Below, piece by piece: positions 41,907 through 54,627 of a DNA stretch of 64,000 nucleotides. The DNA is from Octopus vulgaris (lineage: Eukaryota), in assembly GCA_951406725.2 (NCBI GenBank), contig OX597814.1, positions 79,918,001 through 79,982,000 on the forward strand, given 5' to 3'. The position numbers were made by a program, and so were the translations under genes. The stretch's first letter is position 1, and every line of letters begins with the position of its first letter. Below the pieces are notes generated by a model. It had not been told where the DNA came from. It searched no databases and saw only the letters and a program-made list of their open reading frames with translations.

Positions 41907-43131
41907 TTTTTCTCTTCCTCTGTCACCCTCTCACTCCCTTGAACATACACATGGAAATATGCTGTCATACGTTCGCCTGTCTCTGTCTCTCTCTCACTGT
42001 CATCTGTCCCTTTCTTGATATCCGATATTTTAGCCCAAATATTCACTCTGATTGATATACAAATTTAAAAAAAGCAGCAGAGAAACTAGTAATGATCTGC
42101 CTTAGCAACAGTCTGCATACAGGGAAGCTCATAAGTGTGGATAAGATTAGATGTAGTGGGAAAAAGCGATAAATGACATTTTGGGAGTGACTCTTCATCA
42201 AAGAAGAGAAATGCAGGCAGGGCTGTGTAATTAAGATGCTTCCTTCCCACTTTGCAACCATATGGTTTCAGGTTCAAATACACTGTGCAGCACCTTGGAC
42301 AAGTATCTTCGATTACAGCTTCAGGCCGACCAAAGCCTTGTGAGCGCATTTGAAAGACTGAAACTTTAAGAAGCAACTCGTATGTGTGTGTGTGTGTGTA
42401 TGTACGTGTGGGGAGTGTTGTGTGTGTATACTTACATATTTATATGTAAATATAATATAATAACGTAATTCCACGAGTATTCTTATAAACGCTGTAAAGA
42501 CGTTTTCCGATTCAAAATTTTAGTTCATCACAAAATCTTGCTAAGATAAGTATTTATTTATATTTAAGATCTTTAAATTGTAATTTTAATATTTTATAAA
42601 TCTTTGGTGTAATAATATTTTTCTTATGTAAATATCGTTGTTTATGTAATGATCTAATTATCGTAATTTTCTATATAATCATTAGATATTAAATTTAAGT
42701 TTATTCGTAAGATATTACTTAGCGATAGATATGTTGTTTGATAGCAAGTATACGAGTTGTGTAAACTTAGGTTTATGTATATACATGCATTAATAGCATT
42801 AATTGTAGTTTTAAATTTCTTATAATTAAAATTAGATAAACTTAGATAAACTTAGATATGTTTCGACCAAAGATTGGTCCAGGCCATGTCTAACTTAATA
42901 GCATAACTTAGTTATTGTCTTTTTAAATTGATATTTGCTAGTTTTATTTCCATTGATAAATATATTTATAGTATTTATAGTATTTATTCGATACTATATA
43001 ACTACGAATTGATTATTTCTATAAGTATATTAAATATAAGATTTCCAAAAGTTCGTTTAAGTTTGTTTGTATTTTTGAATTTAGCTATTTCATCTTTAAA
43101 TATAAAATTAATTTATTAGGTCTTCATTATA

Positions 43132-43177
<46 letters not shown>

Positions 43178-43499
43178 GAGATTATTTTAGATCTTAATTA
43201 TAATATTTATATACATTTTTATATATTTTCATTGATAATTTTTATATATAATAGCCTTTTTTTAAAAATATTTATGTAATTACATATAGACTATTACCGA
43301 TATTAGATTATTGGTGGGTTTCTTACCTTAAAAATTAAAATTAATATTTAACATTATAATCGATTTTGATATAATCATAATCGTTAAGTTTTAAGTTTCT
43401 AGTTTGATAATAGAGTTTATTATAAGTAAAATTATTATATTATTTATATCTTAAAAATATTGTTTAGATATTTCTGATTATTTTTAAAATATTTCAATT

Positions 43500-43592
43500 A
43501 ACCTGAAGATTGACTGTAACCATAATTCGAATTATTAATTGAATTTAAATTATTGTTATTCGAATTGGTACAGCCATGAAACGATCGTAGTG
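43500..43592 (+). ncRNA. Hammerhead ribozyme motif with long stem II, in a very AT-rich pLTR-like tract
   Basis: CTGAAGA T TGACTGTAACCATAATTCGAAT..ATTCGAATTGGTACAGCCA T GAAAC GA TC GTAGTG. Same architecture as 1875-1957; stem I not evident. Confidence 0.55.
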
Positions 43593-43709
43593 TTTTACTC
43601 TTTATCTTTTATTAAACTTTTAATACTTTTGATATTTATATAATAAAAAAACAAAATAAATAAATAAATAAATTAATTAATTAATAAAATAATATATAAA
43701 TATAAAAAT

Positions 43710-43769
<60 letters not shown>

Positions 43770-43930
43770 ATATATATATTTAAAATTTATAAGTTTAAAT
43801 TATTTAAATAATTTTTTTAATTTTAACTTTTATATTTTTTAATTATTTTATGTATTGGTTTATGCTTTTCACTATCTGATTTGCCTAATAGTGGTTTTAT
43901 CTCTAATTTGATATAGTATAATATAATATA

Positions 43931-43991
<61 letters not shown>

Positions 43992-44070
43992 TACAATATT
44001 TATATAAAATATATTATCACACAGTAATTTCCCTTTGTATAACGGTCATTTTTTATAGCATTTTTCCGAT

Positions 44071-44141
44071 GGCCGGATAACTGAAGAGATGGCGGCGTGG
44101 ATTTCCACCTCGGCATCCGAAACTCGGAGTTTTATCTTGGC
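44071..44141 (+). ncRNA. Hammerhead ribozyme (type I), well preserved
   Basis: GCCGGATAA CTGAAGA GATG..GTGG ATTT CCAC..CATC C GAAA CTC G GAG TT TTATCTTGGC. All three stems pair; predicted cleavage after GUU at 44131. Confidence 0.8.
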
Positions 44142-44198
44142 TACCGAATAATTGTCACATATTACATTTACAGATAAATTCCTCTATTTTATACATAA

Positions 44199-44266
<68 letters not shown>

Positions 44267-44619
44267 AATGAGGTAATCAGATCGGATGGTTCATATTTGT
44301 AGATATTTATTTATATATTACATTTTTTACATATATATCATATCATTCAGATCATATCATTCGGATTAGCGCTTTCTCCCAATCTAGTGGGGTTTTCACA
44401 GATGGACAAACATAGTGAGTAAAGAAGATGCTTCATTCGAATGATAAAATATAGATGTCGTGCTGTTAGAAATTATATCTTGTTTTTTTAATTTCAATTT
44501 AAATTTGATGATCATTGCAAATTTTGCAATGTGTGACTGAAGGAAAGCCAGCCAACCGCTAGGTTCGAACCTTTACTTCTCCTTCTGTCCTCACTTACCT
44601 GGTTCCAGTCACTCGCAGT

Positions 44620-45278
44620 ATGTGCACTACTTGCTTCCATCTTTTCGTGAACATATCCTGTGACAGGTATCTCTGCTCCAGCCTGATCTTACTACCAATG
44701 TGGTAACTATAAAAGTTAACCAACCCCCAGGCCGAAGACGAAGGTATCTGTCACTATGCCTCTTACACGCGACTTCCATGCTGTTTCTTTCAGTATGGCT
44801 ACTACGCAGATAAAACAAGCCTTCCTTTCCTTGTTAAGGGAAGGAGGCAGCACGATCTTGATAATAGACTCAGCTGATAGCTGTACTCTTCCCATCGTTG
44901 ACAACAGTTACTTGACAAAAACTATCAGTCCCAATAATTCGGACACTTTACGAAGGCGTGCAAGACAGTTTCTCTCTCACGCTCGCAACTTAGCTTATCT
45001 CGAACAGGCAAAACCGAACGGTAGCACTACCAAGCCAGAGATTTCTAGTAAGTATTCAGATACATCTGCCCGAAAGTTCTCCTGAAGAGGTTCATCAACT
45101 GATTTCCATCGAATCCCAAGGCCTCCCCCAGGACATCGTCAGACATAAATTCCTCTAACCCGATATAGAAATCCGCAGTGGAACTCCTGTTGCCAATATT
45201 GCTCGCCTGAGAGAGTAGCTGGAGTGCCAGAGTGTTAGCAGTCATATGACAAGTATCTTTGAAGTATACTTGCTGCAA
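44620..45278 (-). mobile_element. L1/Tx1-clade LINE ORF2 C-terminus (zf-RVT region), decayed
   Basis: STADFYIGLEE..LFRRTFG..KSLAW*CYRSVLPVRDKL, ETVLHAFVKCP and GRVQLSAESIIKIV..VAILKETAWKSR, across frameshifts. Confidence 0.75.
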
Positions 45279-46121
45279 TAAGTAGTAACAGGAAATATGT
45301 CATACATGCAATAATTATAATTTAATTTTTATCGAATTTATATACGATAATACAAAGGGATTAAATAATGTGTGTGTGTATCTGTGTGTACATTGTATGT
45401 ACAAATAAATGAGTATATACATATATATGTGTTTGTCTGTGTGCGTGTGCGTCCTTGTGTGCGTGTATATGGGTACGTCTATTAGTGAGTATATGTATGT
45501 GGGTGCGTATATTTGTGTATGCATATCAATTCTTATTTATGTGTGTGTGTATTTATATTTATTCACATACACACATTTTTTTATGTGCCTGTATTTATTT
45601 TCACTTTGAATAATACGTTCATATACATTTTATACGAGCGTAGTTTTATTTATGTTTATTTATGTTTATTTATGTTTATTTATGTTTATTTATGTTTATT
45701 CGTTTTATAGAAACGAATATAAAACGTATCTTCAAACTTCCAACTGTTTAAATATTTTTCAGTTGATGATTGTCATCTTTACATCGCCATATTCATTGTA
45801 TTTCAAATAACTTTTCAAATATATACTTTAATTTCTTCCATAATATATTTATAATCCACAACCTCCTCTCCTCTCTATATCTCTCTACCAGTCAACTTCT
45901 CCTAACTCTCTTTTTTATATATCACTGCCTCGCTTACTCTCTCTCTCTCCCTCTCCTCTATTTATCACCTTTTTCCCTTTCTCTCTTTTCTCTGTTTATT
46001 ACCTCTCTCACCTCTCACTTTTACGGCCTCAGCTTTGTTTTATTACAGTGTTTCTACTTATATCTTTCACGCTTACACTATTTACATTTGATGGATATTT
46101 GTCCTCATCTTGCTTGTTGTT

Positions 46122-46167
46122 AACACAACGTTTCGGCTGATATACCCTCCAGCCTTCATCAGGTATC
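46122..46167 (-). ncRNA. Minimal hammerhead ribozyme (left arm of palindrome)
   Basis: Minus strand reads GATAC CTGATGA A GGCTG GAGGGTATAT CAGCC GAAA CG TT GTGTT. Confidence 0.82.
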
Positions 46168-46220
46168 TTGGAGGAAATTTCGAACCTGGGTTCCCATTCC
46201 TAAGGTATTTTTCGATGCTG

Positions 46221-46298
<78 letters not shown>

Positions 46299-46540
46299 TC
46301 ACTGCTTGGAATCGAACTCGAATCTTGGGGCTAGTAGCCCACGCTCTTAACCATTTCGCCATATGCCCATGGGCATATGGCGTAGTGGTTACTAACCCCA
46401 AGATTCCGAGTTCGACTCCAAGCAGTGACTTGAGCAACAACAACAGCAGCAACAACAACAACAACAGCAGCAGCAACAACAACAACAATAACATCGAAAA
46501 ATACCTTAGAAATGGGAACCCAGGTTCGAAATTTCTCCAA

Positions 46541-46586
46541 GACACCTGATGAAGGCTGGAGGGTATATCAGCCGAAACGTTGTGTT
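46541..46586 (+). ncRNA. Minimal hammerhead ribozyme (right arm of palindrome)
   Basis: GACAC CTGATGA A GGCTG GAGGGTATAT CAGCC GAAA CG TT GTGTT: perfect core, stem I GACAC/GTGTT, stem II GGCTG/CAGCC, palindromic stem III. Predicted cleavage after 46581. Confidence 0.85.
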
Positions 46587-46914
46587 AATAAACAAACAAG
46601 TTGAGGACAAATATCTGTCAAATGTAAATAATGTAAGCGTGAAAGATTTAAGTAGAAACACTGTAATGAAATAAAGCTGAGGCAGTAAAAGTGAGAGGTG
46701 AGAGAAAGGATGACAGCAAGGGACTAGGTAATAAACAGAGAAAAGAGAGAAAGGGAAGAAGGTGATAAATAGAGGGGAGAGAGAGAAAGAGGAAGCGAAG
46801 CAGTGATATATACGTTGTGCTAACAACAAACAAGAAGAGGACAAATATCCGTCAAATGTAAATAATGTAAATAAAGTATATAATTCCTCATCTCTTAAAT
46901 ATAGCACTGCATCT

Positions 46915-47315
46915 TTCACGATTTATTGACAAACCATAGAGAACATCACATGGTACCATCACGTTTCCAACAAAGAACTGCGTGCGCGCACGCATCAACC
47001 TGCAGCTTCCCACCCTGTAGCTATCTGTCGCATGCGATGGTACGGACATGTCCTCCGTCTCTTGCTAGATGATCCTACCAGGGCTTTACTCTCATTCCAT
47101 GCAGCAGCTGCGGGCTGGAAGAGACCTTGTGGCAGATGGCTAGGCGTGACTGTGGACGATCTCCAGAGGTTCGGCGTCACCTTAAAGGATGCAGTGGGGC
47201 TGGTACAGTATCGCCAGAGATGGAGAACGCTGGTGGACCTGGTCGGATCTATGCATGATAACGTCTCTGGGACCACTAACATTGTATGACCCCAAACCAA
47301 TCATGCAAGAGCATG
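46915..47315 (+). mobile_element. RTE-clade LINE 3' end (5'-truncated)
   Basis: IENITWYHHVSNKELRART..RMRWYGHVLRL..GWKRPCGRW..DLQRFGV..RQRWRTLV, a typical RTE ORF C-terminus. Confidence 0.8.
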
Positions 47316-47774
47316 AAACGAAGCGTAAGGCGACGAGCTGGCAGAAGCGTTAGCGTAGCGATCAAAACACTTAGCAGCATTTCGTCAGTCTTTCCGTTCT
47401 GAGTTCAAATCCCTATGAGGATTTGCTTTTCATTTTGGGAGTGGGGGTCGATAAAAGGAATAACAGTTGAGCATTGGGTGTCGATGTAATCGACTTCCAC
47501 ACTATTCGATATCTCTGGCCTTGGGCCAAAAATCAGAAAGGCTTATTATTGTTCCAAAAGCAGTGAGATGGAAGAATCATTAGCGAACCGGGGAGAAAAT
47601 GTTTTGCAGTATTTCTTTTAACTTTACGCTATCAGTTCAAGATGCCGTCGAGGTCGACTTTGCTTTTGATCCCTTCAAGGTCAACCACTAGAATCGATGA
47701 TATCGATTTACCCTTTCTCCTAAAATTAGTAGCCACGTTCCTAAATTAGAAAACAACTATATTGTTCTAACCCA

Positions 47775-48055
47775 TCTTGGGCTTGGCCGCCCCCTCCTGA
47801 GTCAGGTCTTGTCGTGGCGTGTTGCCTCGAGTGTTCCATAGATCCGAGAGAGAACGTTAGTCTGGAGCTTTGCTCCTGGTAAGGCCATCGTAGTCAGGCC
47901 GGTCTCCCGGGAAAGTTCCAGATTAACGATTACACCACAGCGCGTCGGCTCATCATGAAGATGGCATTTATATTCTGCGGAGGACCAGCAACTCGCCAAG
48001 GGGACCCCCTCAAACGGTTACGACACCGATCAGAAGAAATTCAACTGAACCGTTG
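47775..48055 (+). mobile_element. RTE-clade (Expander/BovB-like) 5' UTR fragment
   Basis: CTTGTCGTGGCG..GAGTGTTCCATAGATCC.AGAG..GTCTGGAGCTTTGCTCCTGGTAAGGCCA..GGTC..CCAGA.TAA resembles, from memory, the conserved 5' UTR of RTE/Expander elements. No ORF follows. Confidence 0.55.
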
Positions 48056-48167
48056 CACTTTTGTTCCTACATCCTTTTCTCTCTCTCTTTCTCTCCCTCT
48101 CTCCCTTTCTTTCCCTCCTTCCTTCTCGTTCGCTTTCTCTCTCTCTCTTTCTCTCCCCTTCTGTCTG

Positions 48168-48198
<31 letters not shown>

Positions 48199-48952
48199 AG
48201 CTAGCTAGCTATCAATCTATCTCTTCTCACTAATTATTTATCAGTTGTTCCCTCTCCTGCTCCTCCATTTCTATGATTCATTCACTCTCTCTGTATGTGT
48301 CTGATGGGTCTCTTTATTCATTGCCTGCCACTAAGACAATTATAAGTACTAATGCTGCATCTCTTGCATTAACTCGCTCTGTAAATCTCTTTTATTCTCC
48401 TCTCCCCACCGCTCTGTCTGTAAGATGTAAAGCGTGACTTCAGAAATCAATTAACCGACCAGCTAACATTTATATTCGGCTTTATATCAAACACACCCAA
48501 ACACACGCACACGCATACATATACAAACATACACACGAACACACACACACACAAACATAATCACAAACATACACACACGCACAAACATACGCATACACAC
48601 ATATAACTCTCTCCCATATTTAACATGTTAACTAAACTAGTACTGTAGCTCTTAACATCATAACTTGTTAACTATTTATTGACAGCTTTGTGTTATTATA
48701 CTACCAATTGCATTAGCCAGAATGTGTTGCGTCCAACACATAGCCTTATACGCTTTACTTGTTTCTGCCAGTTCTGCAGTTGCTCTGAAGCATCGCTTTG
48801 AACTCTTTAACTCGATCGTATCTTCTCCACTACTTAGGCTTAAGACTGTTTCTTATAAAAGCGATTTCTGTTTGAAACATCTTAGAATAATGAGACATAA
48901 ACGCAGACATAGAGATAGTTATAAAAAAGCACAAACGTCTAAACACACACAT

Positions 48953-49012
<60 letters not shown>

Positions 49013-49218
49013 ATACGCATCTATATAACAAATTGAAAAGGGTGGCTTGTTAGCAATTAGAACCTGCAGGCAAAATTAATGGAGGTCGCAAAAGTGACTG
49101 AATGTACTGATTAGCACCGCTTTTGCTAAAGATAAGAGCTAAACTAACCCATAAGCCACAAAATCACTGTCATAATGACTGACAAAGGGAGGTAACTGAG
49201 TTTAACCCCAAGCGTTAA

Positions 49219-49276
49219 GACCCGCTGATGAGGATTAAGATGGTCTACATCAAGATCCGAAATCGCGATCTGGTTA
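49219..49276 (+). ncRNA. Hammerhead ribozyme motif (tandem copy 1)
   Basis: GACCCG CTGATGA GGAT TAA GATG GTCTA CATC AAG ATCC GAAA TCGCGA TC TGGTT; palindromic stem III ATCGCGAT. Confidence 0.78.
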
Positions 49277-49551
49277 TGTACACTAGGGACATAGCAGCCC
49301 TTATCATTAATTAAGACAGCGATTTTGAGGCTTTGGGAGTTAGATTTAACTCCTATCTTTAGCAAAAGTGGTGTTAATCAGTACCCTCTATCACTTTTCC
49401 GATCGCTATTAATTTTGCCTTACGTTCTAATTGCTAATAAGCCATCCTTGTTCATTTATTGTTTACACTTTTACCGTTTTGAAAATCAGCACAGATTCTC
49501 AACGGCTTATAAGACTGTCAGAGGTATTTGGGTTTAACCCTAAGCGTTAAG

Positions 49552-49607
49552 GGCCGCTGATGAGGATTAAGATGCTCAAAATCAAAATCTGAAATCGCGT
49601 TACGGCT
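49552..49607 (+). ncRNA. Hammerhead ribozyme motif (tandem copy 2)
   Basis: GGCCG CTGATGA GGATT..AATCT GAAA TCGCGT TA CGGCT; stem I GCCG/CGGC is perfect. Confidence 0.72.
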
Positions 49608-49720
49608 ATAGTACGTTGGGGACTTACCTCAGTCGATAAGCCAGTGATTCTGTGGCTTTTGAGGATGTTTAACTGGTGCTAGCCAGTACACTCAGTCACT
49701 CTGTGAACTATATATAAATC

Positions 49721-49751
<31 letters not shown>

Positions 49752-50088
49752 CACCACATGGATCTTAATACTCCAAGGTAATTTTTCCAAGAACTATCAT
49801 TGAACTCGAGATACGCAAAGACTTTAAAATGTATTGGTGTACCTATTTTTTAATTTTTGTATATGTTTATCATTTTTTGCAAAAAACAGTGCAATTTCCT
49901 TTTTTCTCCCTCCTCAATTATAAAAAAAAATTATTTTCACCTTACAATTCTTGAAAAGTCGCATTGTGATGAAAACTAGTTAGAGTTAATATTTAAAAAA
50001 AAAATTTTTTTTAATTTTCCATACACCCATTTTCATTAAAATTTAACTTCAATTTAACATTCTGCCTTTTTATAATTTTTCCTTGCCT

Positions 50089-50128
<40 letters not shown>

Positions 50129-50172
50129 GTAGATACGCATATAAACGTAGATGTTTTCGTGTGTATGCATGC

Positions 50173-50205
<33 letters not shown>

Positions 50206-50571
50206 TGTATGTATGTATGTATGTATGTATGTATGTATGTATGTATGTATGTATGTGTGTATGTATGTATCGAGGTCATTTACTGTCCAGACATTGAAAC
50301 ACGCGTCAATAAAATTGATATGTGAATTTACATTTCCAGTGAGTCCATTTTATTTTCCGGTTTCTTTTTTCTTTTTCTTTATTTTTTAGTTTTTAGTACA
50401 TACAAAACATCCAATAACGGACTACACATACTCATACACATACACACACACACATACACACACATACACAAACACAAACACAAACACACATACAAATGAA
50501 CACATATATACGAACACACACACATATGTATGTATGCATGTATGTATGTATATATATATATATGTATATAT

Positions 50572-50642
<71 letters not shown>

Positions 50643-50752
50643 CACTCACATGTATCTACTCGCAGCCATACACTGAATTTCGAACACGTCAAACGAGGGT
50701 GCATATCTTGCCATAAGCAAGTTATATATCATATTATATTATAGATAGATAG

Positions 50753-50805
<53 letters not shown>

Positions 50806-51731
50806 AGTATACACACACACACATATATATATATATACACATAAACACACATATACATACATATCGCTTTGTAGTATGTGCGTGCCTTTGCATGAGTGTG
50901 CACGCAGTAGTGTGCAGTCGGTTTGTTTGTGCATTAAACTCAGAAACCTATTTGCATGTTGCCGTATGTTTCTATGTTAGCGAACATTTCTAACGATCGT
51001 CTGCTTTGGCTTTTTTCCTCTTCATTTTTTATTCCATTTTGTTCCTTTTCCACCTATTTCTTTATTATTTTTTTTTTCCTCCATTTTCCTATTTGTTCTT
51101 GTTTACGGATACATCTGTTCTCATTCTGGTGCAGTAGGTCACCTCCGAAGAGTTCCGATATATTTTATAGCGGCAAATTCTTACAACCTCAATCTCTACA
51201 CTCCTTACTTCCCCCCCACGTCATCCATCATCAAACAGTCAAGACCTACTTTTTGGATAGTTTGTGTTTTACTTATTTTGTTCTTGTTTTCTTATTTGTT
51301 TGTTTGTTTTTGTTTTCTGTCTGTCCTTTCGTACTCACATACTCTTTCTTTTTTGTTATAACTCGTGTCATTTGTTTTGTTTTGTTTTGTTTCATTTTGT
51401 TTTTTGCCTTCTTTGACTTTTACGCATTTTTTTGCCCTCATTTATCTCCTACTTTATTTCTCCTCCCACTTCTCACACTCAAACTCTCCTCACTCCATTT
51501 CTTTGTCTCTCTTTCTCTCTATCTGTCTCTCTTTCTTTCTCTCTCTCCTCGTCTCTCTCTCTCTCTCTCTCTCTCTCTTTATCTTTGTGTTTCTGTTTTT
51601 TGTCATGTTTCTATCCTTCCTATCTCACTTTCCCTGTCTTATCTTTGTGATTCTACCTCGACCTTTCTTAAAGACAATTTCTCTCTCTCATTCTCTCTCT
51701 CTCTCTGACTCTCTCTCTCTCTCTCTCTCAG

Positions 51732-51810
<79 letters not shown>

Positions 51811-52097
51811 CTATGCCTTGTCGTTTTCTGTCTTTCTTTATCAATCTCATCTCTGTATTTCTTTTCCTTTCTCTATTTTCCATCTCACGGTCATTTCTTC
51901 TCGTTTCATTTTTGTCTGCATTTAGGTTTCTCATCTAACTCCCTTTCTCTCTTCCTCTCTCGCCACCCCACCCTCTACCTGTATACATACATATTTGCAT
52001 ATATACCTATATATATATATATACATATGAATATATGTATATATATGCGTATATACGTGTGTGTATATGTATATATATATATGTATATATGTATGTA

Positions 52098-52177
<80 letters not shown>

Positions 52178-52873
52178 AACATATGCATTCATACTTTTAT
52201 TAGATACATGCGTATAAACATTTATGTTTATACGCATGTTTTTTCATCTCATTCGATTTGTGTTTAAGTCTGTTTTTCTTTATCTCATTCTGTATAAATT
52301 TTTATTCATTATGACTTTAATTCCTTCATATTTTCATATATTCCTTTTTCGTATTTAGTTCATTTTTCGTTTAGCTTCATTTATTTCCATTTCTTTCTCC
52401 TCACTTCTTTTGCCAATTGTATCATATTAAATTTGACTTTCCATAATTTGTTTCAGTTTTTAAATGTTTATATTCACCTCCATTGCACTCTACTTTGTCA
52501 TGAAGTCTTTTCCTACTATACTGCCTCTCTTTTTTTATTATTCTCTCATATTTCTGTTGCTTTCTGTCTCTTTCTCTTTCCACCGGATCTTTTTCTTTTT
52601 CCTTCTCCCTCCTTCTCTCTCTCTCGCTCTCTCTCGCTCTCTCTCTCTCTCTCTCCCTCTCTCTCTCTCTCGATTACTTACATTTTTCAGTTGCTTATAT
52701 TGAACCTGATTATACTGAGCCTAATATTTCATTTATCTTCCTATTGACAAAAATTATATTTCTATTGAAATCTACCGAGTGAATAGATACATAACTCGTA
52801 CAGAACCAAATACCAGAAAGGACATTTTTTTATACACCGATTTTAATATTGAACTTCATGGTATATATTGTAG

Positions 52874-52928
<55 letters not shown>

Positions 52929-53049
52929 TACAAGAGTTAAGGAATGATCGAATTGTCCGTGTGTCAACCTATACCTCCTTTCATTTAAGTAAGATAGCCT
53001 TGGCCTGAAGAGGGGCTAGCGGTATACACTTCGATTGGATATTTAATTT

Positions 53050-53635
53050 GTAAATGGCGAAATATACAAAGATGACGCCCTAGCTTTAACCATAAATACC
53101 AATGGACCAGCACAAGATCGGTTTAAGAAGGCCATTATCCAAATGATGAAAACTTTCAGTCTTAGCATAACTACAGACCCCAACCTGACGGTTGTCAATT
53201 TCCTTGATGTATCCTTAGATCAAAATAAGAATATTTACAAACCTTATAGGAAGCCCAACGATAGACTTAGTTATATTAATGTGGGTTCCTGCCATCCCCC
53301 CATAGTGTTTAAAAATTTAGTTAAAAACATTAGCAAAAGAATTTTTAACCTCTCTTCCGATAGGGACATTTTTAATAACGTTGCCCCATTATATAATAAT
53401 GGTCTAAAAGATAGTGGATTTAACGAGGAAATAACCTATACACCTGTCACCAGTTCAATTATAAAGAAAAGGAAACATAGGAATAGGAAAACTATCTGGC
53501 TCACATCCCCTTACTCCCTTGAAGTGACCTTTAATATAGCTAAGTATTTCTTAGCACTTATAGATTGAAATTTTTTTAAAGTTATCTTTTGATTGCCTCG
53601 ATAACTGACGAAATGCCGGATCATACTTTGTGTGT
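53050..53635 (+). mobile_element. Penelope-like element (Naiad-type) RT C-terminal fragment
   Basis: [84 protein letters not shown]. Ends in CATACTTTGTGTG, as does the PLE at 37190. Confidence 0.88.
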
Positions 53636-53644
53636 GTATGTGTA

Positions 53645-53694
<50 letters not shown>

Positions 53695-53707
53695 CATAAT
53701 ATATATA

Positions 53708-54627
<920 letters not shown>

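Larger units (their letters stand above)
45916..46812. repeat. ~900-bp spacerless palindrome of two head-to-head tRNA-headed, hammerhead-containing elements
   Basis: Axis between 46369 and 46370 (CGCCATATGCCCATGGGCATATGGCG). Arms align out to TATATATCACTGC (45916) and GCAGTGATATATA (46812), with substitutions and indels. Confidence 0.93.
49035..49707 (+). mobile_element. Retrozyme/pLTR-like array: inverted partial unit plus two tandem hammerhead-bearing units
   Basis: 49035-49170 is the reverse complement of 49316-49454. 49200-49400 is repeated, diverged, at 49532-49707. Each direct unit has a hammerhead. Confidence 0.75.

Noticed and set aside
46300-46432. Functional tRNA genes at the palindrome centre (also SINE heads at 4186 and 39915)
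   Set aside because: No complete cloverleaf or acceptor stem, and the right copy has a deletion; treated as tRNA-derived heads.
50956-51925. 250-aa and 186-aa hydrophobic ORFs resembling membrane proteins
   Set aside because: Arise from CT/T-rich low-complexity sequence lacking stop codons.
52995-53040. CTGAAGA GGGG..CTTC GATT hammerhead-like motif
   Set aside because: GAAA box and stem III are absent; too degenerate to call.
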